A stretch of 64,000 nt of DNA from Eledone cirrhosa (Eukaryota). The notes under the pieces were generated by a model that made no database searches, had not been told where the DNA came from, and was given only the letters and a program-made list of their open reading frames with translations. The DNA lies in the NCBI GenBank assembly GCA_964016885.1, contig OZ024741.1:369210001-369274000 (forward strand), written 5' to 3'. The translations under genes and the position numbers were made by a program. Shown here piece after piece: positions 55,201-64,000 of the stretch. Positions within the stretch are counted from its first letter, which is position 1. Each line of letters starts with the position of its first letter.

Positions 55201-58200
55201 CCACGAAAATGGTCTGTAGCAATATAGTCAAATGTCTGATAGTTGATTGTGTCAATAAATGGGATGGCAACTGTTTTACGATCTTTGGCAATATTTGATA
55301 ATAGTGGTGGTAACCAGTCAACATTTACTTCAATGTGACTATCCAGAAATACCAAAACCTAAAATGTAAAAAAATGTGTTTAACTTTTAATATCCTGTAC
55401 CACATCAAACCGTATTATTAAGACTCCTTGAAAAATACAAAACAGCACTATGACTGCATAGCATTAAAAATTTAAGTATATTTTAATACTGCAAGTTTTC
55501 ATAATAATCTGTCCACTGGTAAAGATACTACATACATTTGAATTAACGCAGCTGTTTTTAGATATCTTCTGCTTTAAATTTACAAGATGTTAAGAGTTAA
55601 CGGAAGCTGATTAACCCTTTAGCATTTAAACTGGCCGAATCCGGCCAGAATTCTCTCACCTCTTTCTGTTCAAACTGGCCATAACCAGCCACTAATACTG
55701 ATGTTAAGGTATTATTGAATAATATCAAAATAGATTCAATATTATGTGTGTGAGGCAAAGCCTTTACTGTGAAAATACAATAGTAAATATAGAGTAATGT
55801 AAATACTAAAGGATTAAACAAAAATTTGAAATTAACTTGAATAATTAATTTCAAAGCTACCTTTAGAGATCTACTAAATAGATGGCTTTCAAATCATATA
55901 TTAGTGTGCATGTGTTTGTGCCTGTCCACTAAAGGTCTGAGGTAAACAGATTGTGAAAGATGAAGGAGACATGTGATTGAATGAAAGAGATATAAAAGAC
56001 AGAAGTTCCTGTTTGGAAGGAGGAGAGTTAAACTGACAGAGGATTCTGTCATGAGTGAAAAAGAAGTAGGTATGATTGAAGCAGTAAAGAGAACCTCTAC
56101 ATGGTAACTTGTTCTGCTAGAAATAGCAGTCAAATTTCCTTCAGATCTCATCCTACCATCTTAAAACTAGATTGTTTGATTAATCATGATTGAAATGCCT
56201 TTAATCATAGGTTGGCTCAGGCAGGGCTGACATGGGGCTAAGCAACAACATGAATCAAATACGAGAAGAGAGAATAGTTTTAAAGAAAGTCAAAAGAGAA
56301 TAAAAAGATGAAGAGCTTCAACAATTACATTTCAATACTATTATCATGAGTGATGGCTTGGCAAAATCATAAAGATATTGGACAAAATGCCTTGCAACAT
56401 TTAATAATGGCCCTTTGGATTCTAAGTTCAAATCCCACCAAGGTCAACTTTGCCTTCCGCCCTTCTGAGGGTGATATAATCAACTTTTCCCTTCTCCCCA
56501 AACTGCTAGTCTTCTATCTAAATAAGTGACCATTATTTACTTTGATACTTAAATCCTACCAGTTGTGTTATATTGTCTTGACTGTGTTAATTGGATGACA
56601 AGGTCACTTCAGAAGCTCTCTACATTCCGGAACCACATCATGAGACTTATGACTGGCAAGTGGCTCAGCGACCGTATCTGTATCAGTGAGCTGCTCAACA
56701 TTACCAAACTTAGACCAATTGCATCAATTGTCAAATCAAGAGTACTCAAACTATACGGCTATATAAAAGATCAACTCATGGTGTGAGTAGGTTATGCCTG
56801 GAAGGAAGGTTGGCTGGTAATAGAAGAAGAGGGCAACAGCCAAAACGACGGCTTGACAATGTCAACTTATGGACTGGACTTGATCTTTGCTCTTTGAACT
56901 CTGCTGTTGGTGATCGAACTTTGTGGAAAGAGATATCACATGTTGATGCGCAGTCTGCAACTGGCGGAGTTTATCGTCACAAGAAGATTTACTTTTCAGT
57001 GTTGGATAAAATGCTTTCCATTATTTCTCTTGGTTCTAAAGTGGTGGGTTGGCAGAGTCTTTGGCGCATCAGATAAAATGCTGTTTATGTTCTGAGTTCA
57101 AATCCCACCGAGGTTAGCTTTGCCTTTCATCTATATGGGATGGATAAAATAAAGTACCAGTAATGCACTAGGGTCGATTTAATTGACTTCCCCTCCCCCA
57201 AAGTTGTTGACCTTTTTCCTAAATCAGAAACCAATATTTCTTTTGGCTCTTTATATTCAGAGTTCAAACACTGCTGAAGTCAATTTTGTTTTCCAAACTT
57301 CTGGAGTTGATAAAATAGAAACAGACAAATCATTTAATCAACTAACCCATCCCTTCAAATCTGTGGGCTTGTATCTATTTGAGAAATTATTATATATTTA
57401 TTTTTACACTAGTATTGTTTATATAGTTATTTCTCTATTTATGGAAAGCAACATGTCATTTCAACAACCTGGTATAGCCACAAAAGGGTAAAAGAGATAT
57501 GCTACTTGTGTGATCATCTTCTAATTTCATTTTGAAATTATAACTCTCTCACTCTAATATTACTCCAGTTAAAAGTCTTCACTATCAAACAGGTACCTCA
57601 AAATAAACTTTTTACATTTACAAAATTGATAAATACGGAATGGACCTCTGCTAGTTTTAATGATGTTCACCCAGCAATACAGCAGTTCATTAAATTTACA
57701 TGTACGTGGCTGAGCATTCAACAGACATCTGTACCCTTGAAATAATTCTCAAGGGGATTTAGTGAGTCACACTGTGTGACAAGGCTACCCTTTTGGATTA
57801 CAGGTACAGTCCATCTGACATGCTTCCAAGCAGTTTTTATCTAGCCAATTTCACTCATAAGGCATGGGTCAACCCAAGGTTATGGTAAATAACTCTTGTT
57901 TTAGATGCCACACAGTGGGATTGAACCTGGGACCTAATGATTGTGGAGCAAACTTCTTAACCAATCAGCCATGTTGTGCCCATAAATAAACATAATGAAA
58001 GAAGAAATAAAACAAAAATATTAACTTTTGTCAAGAGTGGTGCATAGTTCTCCCCGATGTCCAGTCTAATTGTATTTACTTAATAAATTTAATAGGTTGA
58101 AAAGATTTTTTTACTTTAAAGTAGTATAATTAATATGAAGCATTGTGAGATATGACTGATAAGTTTAGGAAAGCGAGTACAATGGGGTCGAAATGCATAA

Positions 58201-58648
58201 AGGGTAAGGGATGACAAATAAAACAAAATAAAGTAATGTTTTACCCAGTATATTTCAACATAATATTTCAGGGCTAATATCCTCTTTTCAAATGTAAAAA
58301 TGAAGACAATTCAAAACAAAACAAACGAACGATGTATTCTTCCCTAACTGGTCAAAGTGTCTAAAATATGCATGCATAGAGCAGTTATAGTTGGCAATCT
58401 GCTTCGTGCATTTCTAATCTGTTATTTATCTGTGGCTCGTGTTGTTGATGATAATAGTCTCTTTGATTCTTTCAATTTGTTTCTGGATAAATGTATATAA
58501 AACTATAGATACATAATACTTACATGTCCAGTAGCTTTTGAGGCTCCAAATATACGCGCTTTAATTAAACCTCCACGTCTTCCCATTCTGAAAACTTTCA
58601 CTATGGGAAAAGAAGCATTCAACTCCTCTTTTAAGTCTGTAAGATCAG
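16105..58648 (-). CDS. GALNT11: Polypeptide N-acetylgalactosaminyltransferase, GALNT11/pgant35A-like (5'-partial; 9 exons in window, about 410 aa: catalytic domain C-terminal part, linker, ricin-type lectin)
   Basis: Manually spliced exons 58648-58524, 55358-55120, 53324-53207, 50541-50395, 48150-48016, 39549-39481, 37543-37433, 18292-18149, 16248-16105; all AG/GT bounded with compatible phases and no internal stop. Motifs [68 protein letters not shown] match GALNT11-type proteins (recalled knowledge). Orthology versus paralogy is not resolvable here. Confidence 0.88.
17284..17595. mobile_element. Tc1/mariner-pogo type MITE
   Basis: TA|CAGTGGAAACCTAGGTTCATGAAC ... GTTTGTGAACCAAGGTTCCATTG|TA imperfect TIRs with TA target duplication. 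Confidence 0.7.
17660..18109. mobile_element. hAT-type MITE carrying a truncated SINE (about 17864-18030)
   Basis: TIRs CAGCGGTCACCAAC / GTTGGCGACCGCTG; 8-bp TSD CTCTATAT at 17652-17659 and 18110-18117. Confidence 0.85.
18149..18292 (-). CDS. GALNT11: GALNT lectin beta-repeat exon ([48 protein letters not shown])
   Basis: tttgcag acceptor, TCA|gtaagt donor, 144 nt; QxW and CL..LMKC..SQ.W pattern. Confidence 0.85.
18503..35873. repeat. Giant tandem array, 84-bp unit x about 207, intronic to the GALNT gene
   Basis: Unit TCTGGTACCAACCTCATCACTGCAGTGGCCACAGTACCAGACACCACTGCCAGTAACATAGAGGAAACTAAATACTGGGCTTTG repeated with few recurrent variants; single 1-bp insertion near 19532. Confidence 0.99.
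37433..37543 (-). CDS. GALNT11: GALNT lectin alpha-repeat exon ([37 protein letters not shown])
   Basis: tttttgtttacag acceptor, CAG|gtttgt donor, 111 nt; ricin-B Cys pair spacing. Confidence 0.8.
37615..37835. repeat. Degenerate minisatellite, unit about 39-40 bp
   Basis: aagctggtaataagcccagaccagatgtaaaatgtaggccc repeated 5-6 times. Confidence 0.75.
37903..38243 (+). mobile_element. tRNA-headed CORE-like SINE; a partial minus copy lies near 53040-53172
   Basis: tggtttagtagttagagc...ttcaattc head, then gtgcccttgagcaaaacacttt CORE-like block, cccttaa/ttt tail. Confidence 0.6.
38870..39300 (+). mobile_element. Decayed RTE endonuclease 5' fragment
   Basis: Homologous to 40220-40640 ([10 protein letters not shown]..., IIAGDFNGH). 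Confidence 0.65.
39481..39549 (-). CDS. GALNT11: GALNT linker exon ([23 protein letters not shown])
   Basis: ttttttcaaatatag acceptor, CAG|gtatgt donor, 69 nt phase 0-0, at the position expected for the catalytic-lectin linker; low sequence conservation. Confidence 0.65.
39591..39780 (-). mobile_element. SINE copy (same family as 503-687)
   Basis: Sequence identity by eye; flanking duplication ATGTCAATGAAATAAT. Confidence 0.8.
41588..45467 (+). mobile_element. Ty3/Gypsy LTR retrotransposon (Mag-like), full structure, decayed ORF
   Basis: TG...CA LTRs 41588-41668 and 45274-45467, 5-bp TSD CGGTC, polypurine tract AGAGGGAAAGAA 45262-45273; gag with two zinc knuckles ([20 protein letters not shown]), protease LLDTGS, RT ([17 protein letters not shown]), RNase H (ETDAS, EKEACAI), integrase (H..LCH, C..C, MDF, VDEYSR, TDRG, ER.N). 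Confidence 0.95.
41682..45057 (+). pseudogene. Disrupted gag-pol of the Gypsy element
   Basis: ORF pieces 41682-41921, 41921-42736, 42945-43334, 43427-44716, 44746-45057 in gag-PR-RT-RH-IN order; YLDD tyrosine codon is TAG. Confidence 0.9.
48016..48150 (-). CDS. GALNT11: GALNT exon (EYFF...[30 protein letters not shown])
   Basis: aag acceptor, AGG|gtaagc donor; 135 nt; conserved end of the catalytic domain. Confidence 0.9.
48285..48575. repeat. Minisatellite, unit about 51 bp
   Basis: actacacctgaagatatacactgctctagacat...gaacctagta repeated about 6 times. Confidence 0.8.
49540..50370 (+). mobile_element. Old RTE 3' fragment
   Basis: Remnants of [30 protein letters not shown]; (GAT)n tail. 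Confidence 0.65.
50395..50541 (-). CDS. GALNT11: GALNT exon ([21 protein letters not shown]...[14 protein letters not shown])
   Basis: ttttctcag acceptor, ATT|gtaagt donor; 147 nt. Confidence 0.9.
51778..51877. mobile_element. Small Tc1/mariner-type MITE
   Basis: TA|CAGGGTGTCCCCAAA...TTTGGGGGACACCCTG|TA. Confidence 0.8.
52224..52446. mobile_element. piggyBac-like MITE; second copy at about 55611-55817
   Basis: TTAA|CC(C/T)TTTAGCATTTA...TAAATGCTAAAGGG|TTAA; two homologous copies. Confidence 0.75.
53207..53324 (-). CDS. GALNT11: GALNT exon ([39 protein letters not shown])
   Basis: tctttacag acceptor, AGG|gtaatt donor; Gal/GalNAc-T motif. Confidence 0.9.
53460..54600 (-). mobile_element. Old RTE RT fragment
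   Basis: [37 protein letters not shown]. Confidence 0.7.
54647..54920 (-). mobile_element. SINE copy with internal duplication
   Basis: Same family as 503-687; flanking duplication TGTTAAGTAGTTAATAAT. Confidence 0.7.
55120..55358 (-). CDS. GALNT11: GALNT exon with DxH motif ([20 protein letters not shown]...[12 protein letters not shown]...PDAPI)
   Basis: cattttag acceptor, CA|gtgtgt donor (phase 2); ORF track 55110..55355. Confidence 0.9.
56545..56960 (+). mobile_element. LINE (RTE-like) 3' coding remnant
   Basis: LYCLDC.NW, R.LKLYG.I, LEG...G.RRRG.Q.KR.LD. Confidence 0.55.
57041..57236 (+). mobile_element. SINE copy, plus orientation
   Basis: tggcagagt...gagttcaaatccc, ctttgcctttcatc...gataaaataaagtaccag. 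Confidence 0.7.
58524..58648 (-). CDS. GALNT11: GALNT exon ([41 protein letters not shown])
   Basis: tttttttgcag acceptor, CAT|gtaagt donor; GLI.AR..GA..ATG motif. An alternative acceptor (cttacag) lies 12 nt inside. Confidence 0.85.
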
Positions 58649-58677
58649 CTGCAAAAAAATATATATATATATATGTG

Positions 58678-59593
58678 TATTATAAAGAATGAGGATTCAG
58701 TGTTGCATCATATCATATTTATTAACATATTACATATGTTTCTCTATCAATCAGCTTGAGGCAAGGACTATTACAGATCGAACCTGACTCTGTAATCAAA
58801 AGTTCTTCAGATATGTTTGGTATATAAGATCATCTCCGATTTTGTTTGTTCAAACACTTAAGCTATTATTCATCCACAGCACATATTAGCATCCTGTTAT
58901 TTCGGCCTTTTCATTGGTTTAATTATCTGGATAATTGACCAATGAAAAGGCTGAAATATTACTTATCCACAGCACATATTGGTACAAAATCGGAGATGAT
59001 CTCATATACCAAACATATCAGAAGAATTTTCGATTACAGAGTCAGGTTCTATTACAGATCTTGCCTCGAGCTGATCGATAGAGAAACATATATAATCTAT
59101 ATATATAAAACTGAAGATGTCTGTCTGTCTGTCTGTGTGTGAGTTTGAATCCCTAAAACTCAAGAACCACCCAACCGACTGTTTTCAAACTTTACACATG
59201 TAATACTTATGTTTCAGGGAGTGTTCTGAGCAAATAAAATTTCAAATTTTCAATGCCCTAGAGACCGCATTAGGCGATTTAGCGATCTCTCTCTATAATT
59301 CTTAGTCTTTCTCTTTTTAGATAGATACATAGATATAACGTCGCGCCCTTATAATTGTTTCTACTTTAGGCACAAGGCCAGCAATTACCCAGTGCATTAC
59401 TGGTACTTTATTTTATCGACCCTGTAAGGATGAAAGGCAAAGTCAACCTCGGCGGGATTTGAACTCAGATCGTAAAGGGACGTAACTATGCTGGAAAGCA
59501 TGGCGTCCGACCCTCTACCGATACTGCCAATACACCGCCCTTATAATATATGTCTGTATGTCTAACTGTCTGCATTACGTCACTTCCCTGAGG

Positions 59594-59625
<32 letters not shown>

Positions 59626-59997
59626 GTCTGTGAGTTTGAATCCCTAAAATTCGAGAAGTACTCAACCGACTTTTTCAAACTTTACATGTGTATTACTTAA
59701 GTTTCAGGGGAGTGTTATGCACATAAAAAATTCAACTTTTTGATCCCCTAGGGCCCGCATTAGTTGAGAAACTTGCATTTTTTCTTGCTTCATCGAGGAA
59801 AATCTTAAAAATTATCCAGCCATCAGAGTATTCGGTTTATTTTCTTAACATATTGTCCACGCATGCAGTTTTTCCACGATTAGGTCTGTTGGCGGCCCGC
59901 GTGCCAAAATACCTTATCCCGTGCAACGCCGGGTACCACTGCTAGTATGTTAATAAATATGATATGATGCAACACTGAATCCTCGTTCTTTATAATA
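58678..59997. mobile_element. Foldback (long palindromic) element centred near 58928, right arm interrupted
   Basis: Arms 58678-58927 versus 58930-59096 plus 59947-59997 are reverse complements. Confidence 0.8.
59097..59946 (-). mobile_element. Helentron-associated non-autonomous element, containing a SINE at about 59350-59537
   Basis: CTATATATATAAAA...(TGTC)n at one end, CCCGTGCAACGCCGGG...GCTAGT hairpin end at the other; no TSD; internal duplication 59116-59280 / 59591-59765. Confidence 0.7.
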
Positions 59998-60633
59998 TTA
60001 TACTCTGCTCTGCTCGAGCATCGAGTGCTCAACTGGCATACAGCCTACGGACGCATTTATCCTGCAGCCTTACAAATAAATAAATATGAATATATACACA
60101 CACATGATATTTTAAAAATATTTAGTCCAACTTTTGCTAGCAGAGAAAACAGATATTAAATGGTGATGGTGATATTTTTTCAGCGGTTTCAGTTGTTAAA
60201 CTGCAAACATACTGAGGTACAGACTTCTGGTATTTTAGTTCATTATACTAACCATATTCACGTATTTGGACATATATAAGACAGCTCCCCAAGAACATGA
60301 CAAAAACAAATACCAACACTTATAACTAACAAAGAATTAAAGGAATTAGCAACTAACCTAAAAATAGGTAACAAAGTAGAGAGTCTGGAAATAAGTAAGC
60401 CTTATATAGAATAACCTTTTTATAAGACCTTCAAATGTTAATTTATAAAACCCTCTAAAAGTGAATTAGATAAAATCAATAAAGCATCTTAAAATTCAAT
60501 AAACAATACAACATACAGATAATGTATTTACACATGTTAGAAAATCACTTCTCGCTTTGATGATTCTTTTGGGTTATATATAATGGTACAGAAATATTTG
60601 ATATCTAGATAGAATGATGTAACAGTGCAGATA

Positions 60634-60980
60634 TCATCATCACCGTTTTACATCCGTTTTCCACAATAGCATGGGTTAGGCGAGTTGTCCTGTTGTGAGC
60701 AATGCTAGGTCAAGTGACCATGTCATGCTCATACAGAACTGATTTTGGCTTGGTTTCTACAGCTGGATGCCCTTCCTAACGCCAACCTCATTTACAGTGA
60801 GTATTGGGTGTGTTTTGTTGTGATACCTACATGACCACTTTACAGTGTAAGTTGGGTGTTTTTTGTTGTGACCCCTACATGACCACTTTACAGTGTAAGT
60901 TGGGTGTTTTTTGTTGTGACATCTACACAACCACTTTACAGTGTGGGTTGGCAGCTTTTTGTCGTGGCATCTACACAGCT
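60634..60980 (-). mobile_element. RTE 3' tail fragment with short internal tandem repeats
   Basis: Reverse complement of the 47100-47360 type tail. Confidence 0.7.
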
Positions 60981-61046
60981 GTGAATTATCATCCTATATT
61001 CATTCCAGATAGAACATGAACCACTAGAAACAGAGTTTTATAGATA

Positions 61047-61922
61047 ACTAGCTGAATTACCCAGCGTTGTCCGGATCACTGCTGTTCTTATTCAGATTAG
61101 TAAACAATAAATATGAAGATACGTTTTTTTTCTACTCATAATTATTTCAAAATATCTATATTTTATTTTTAAAATATCAAAATTGTAATGATAATAGAAT
61201 TTAGAAATGAAAATCTGTCAATCTTGAAACACCTTAGGGTAATTCATGCATGTGTAGATGTGTGTGTGTATTTAATAATGTACCTAATGAATGCAGAAAC
61301 ACACACACAAACACATACATATTCATATACAAAATGTGACGTCCTATTGTTTTAATCCAAATGAAAATAAAAATTATCACACATACCCTCACACACACAC
61401 ATACACTCACACATACATATACACACACATACTATGACAGACACACACAGATATACATTCCGACACTTGTCTGTCATTACATATGTATCTGTATGTGTAG
61501 ATGTGTAAGTGTGTTAAATTGTCTGTATGCACACTCATATACAAAATGTGACGTTGTCGTGCTGGTGGTGTTGGTTTACTAAAGTTAACTAAAGAATATA
61601 TTGTTATGTCAGTCAACACACATATATATGTATGTGTAGATGTGTGAGTGTTTAATTCTCTGCGGCCTAACATACATAATAAACACATACATACACACTC
61701 ATTTACAAAATGTGAGTCGTGGTGGTGGTGGTTTACTATAGTTGACTATAAAAATATTATTTTAGATAAAATCTTATATGTTAAATAAAAATTACATGTT
61801 GACACTCTCGGGGTCTAATGCTATTAACCTTGTAAAATTTGATTTGATTTGGTCCAGCCGTTAGAGAATGCATAGGAACAGGCAGACAGACAGAGAGATG
61901 AAGAATTTTATATAGAGAGAGA
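61047..61922 (+). mobile_element. Helentron-associated non-autonomous element
   Basis: ACTAGCTG..ACCCAGCGTTGTCCGG start; ggtccagccgtt...(CAGA)n...TTTTATATAGAGAGA end. Confidence 0.6.
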
Positions 61923-62459
61923 CTAGCAGAAAACCACCCGGTGGGCGGTTTTCTGCTAGCAAATCTAGTGTATATACTGATATTGTTGAGATTTGGATGA
62001 GAAATGTTTTCGGCACCACATGTTCACCGTCTCTCAGTGTGTCTTTTATGCATGTATAAATGTATATATTATCTATACGGTGAAATCTTTGAAATAAATA
62101 TATGTTAAAACGAAAAAGGAGAAAAAGAGATTAGTGACGGAAATATAAACGTTATGATACATAAACGTTATGATATAACGATGGAAATATATCTTCAAAT
62201 GGTCCTTGGCATGGTGTCAAGTCAGAACCGCCTCGAACTGGTTACTTCTGGCTTGTGCAAGGTGTCTCTATAGCAACCAGCGATTCCCTCGGCCTCAGTG
62301 ACCAAAGTCAGTGGAGAGGGGAAGGTAATGTTTCTATAGCGACAGTGTTTCTCTTGGTAGTACCAAAGTGGAGAAAGGAAGGGGAAGGTAATATTTCTGT
62401 ACCACCTACATTTGAGTTTTAGGGAAGGACAGACAGACAGACAAACAGAGAAATGCCCA

Positions 62460-62463
62460 TATA

Positions 62464-62504
<41 letters not shown>

Positions 62505-62701
62505 CACACAGAGAAATGTATATATATTTCTGTGTGTATATATATATATATTACACACACAGAAATGTATATATATTTCTGTGTGTATATATATATATTA
62601 CACACACAGAAATGTATATATATTTCTGTGTGTATATATATATATATTTCTATGTGTGTATATATATATATATATTACACACACAGAAATGTATATATAT
62701 T

Positions 62702-62736
<35 letters not shown>

Positions 62737-62895
62737 TACACACAGAGAAATGTATATATATTTCTGTGCGTATATATATATATATATTACACACACAGAA
62801 ATGTATATATATTTCTGTGTGTATATATATATATATTTCTGTGTGTGTATATATATATATATTACATACACACAGAAATGTATATATGTTTCTGT
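62460..62895. repeat. Compound palindromic minisatellite (acacacagaaatgtatatatatttctgtgtgt + (TA)n)
   Basis: Direct inspection. Confidence 0.85.
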
Positions 62896-63431
62896 AGCAC
62901 TCCTCAATTCCCCCCTCTCCCCTCCCGCTATCCCCCTCTTGTAGTCTGTCTCTTTCTTTCACTCTCTCTACGCGTCGCGTGCGCAAAAAACATTCGCACG
63001 CGCGCACGTGTTTCCACTGTCGGACAGACAGAAATTGCTGGTTATATATTATAAGGAGATATATACTATAGGAAAATGTTGTGTGCATGTATGTATGTGT
63101 GTATGTTTGTTTGAATGTAAGTGCGTATGTATGTATGTTTGTATGTATATGTGTATATATGTATATGTACATAAGTGTATGTATGTATCTGCGTATGTAC
63201 TTACGTATGTATGCATGTGTGTCTGTGTGTATATATATATGTATGTATATGTGTGTGTGTACGTATGTATATCTGTAGCGAAATCTGTCCGCACCTTGAA
63301 CTTTGGGCGATACCTAAAGGTTAAATTCTCGGTCAACACCTTTTTTGGTGTAGACAGGTTGATGCGTTGGCTATCCTCTCAAGGTGGGGAGACAGGAAGC
63401 GATAGCTATATAAAGCCTATATTTTCCCACT

Positions 63432-63730
63432 TTACAGACAGAGGACATCGGAGCGCTAGGATACACAACAAACTATGTAAAGATTAACCGCTAACTTCAG
63501 ACCCCAGAGGTCTACAGAAAAGACAGATATCGGAGCGCTAGGATACACAACTAACTATGTAAAGATTCACCGCTACCTTCAGGCTTTTGAGGTCTACAGA
63601 AACACAGAGACATCGGAGCACCACGACATACAACAAACTATGTAAGGATTCACCACTATTAACAGACCCCATGAGGCCTACAGATACACAGAGAGATTTG
63701 AGCCCTACTCTACAGACCATGTACAAGCCA
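63432..63730. repeat. Degenerate tandem repeat, unit about 81 bp
   Basis: tacaga..cagagacatcggagcgctaggatacacaacaaactatgtaaagatt repeated 3-4 times. Confidence 0.7.
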
Positions 63731-64000
63731 CAGTGGTCTACAACTAATTACATACCATTCAGAGATATACAAACTATATATCTCTCTCTCTCTCTCTTAT
63801 TAACTACGCTCTCACAACTACTACCACGGACTCCAAATTCCAACAACAACAATTACCTGTCGCTTGCTGTTTTCACACCAACAACAGCTTCACATCAGAA
63901 ACAATAACAACGTTAACAACTCTTGGTAACTGTTTTATATGTACTTTTTAATTGATTCACGTGAAGTAAACTATATATAACAAAATCATTTATTCTTTAT

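Noticed and set aside
60240-60600. Decayed Penelope-like RT remnant (IKPSKSELDKINK)
   Set aside because: Too degraded to delimit or support without a search.
61922-61958. Perfect 13-bp hairpin CTAGCAGAAAACC...GGTTTTCTGCTAG as terminator or ncRNA
   Set aside because: More simply the terminus of another helentron-like element abutting the one at 61047-61922.
63274-63917. Possible solo LTR starting TGTAGCG
   Set aside because: End and TSD not identifiable; only the internal tandem repeat is reported.

Overview
AT-rich, microsatellite- and transposon-dense animal genomic DNA; the SINE/RTE/helentron repertoire and (TA)n load look like an octopod cephalopod (inference). One host gene is present: nine minus-strand exons (58648 down to stop at 16105) of a GALNT11/pgant35A-like polypeptide GalNAc-transferase (catalytic domain plus ricin lectin); its 5' exons lie beyond the window. 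The spliced frame is intact with GT-AG junctions, but key catalytic residues are replaced (WGGEN->QGGEN, VGH->VGS, MAGG->MIGI), suggesting a pseudoenzyme. Inside its lectin alpha/beta intron sits a 17.4-kb array of about 207 84-bp units. On the host-gene strand each unit can fold into a near full-length hairpin with pri-miRNA-like geometry, and several recurrent variants keep the pairing; the array also has very long open frames. The rest is transposon-derived: a near full-length RTE LINE with three C-terminal C2H2 fingers, a Penelope element with an inverted pseudo-LTR and a non-canonical hammerhead motif, CR1-like and RTE fragments, an apparently self-priming Mag-type Gypsy element nested in an RTE, SINEs, MITEs, a foldback element and helentron-like elements. 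All folding and alignment was done by eye; no computation was run.
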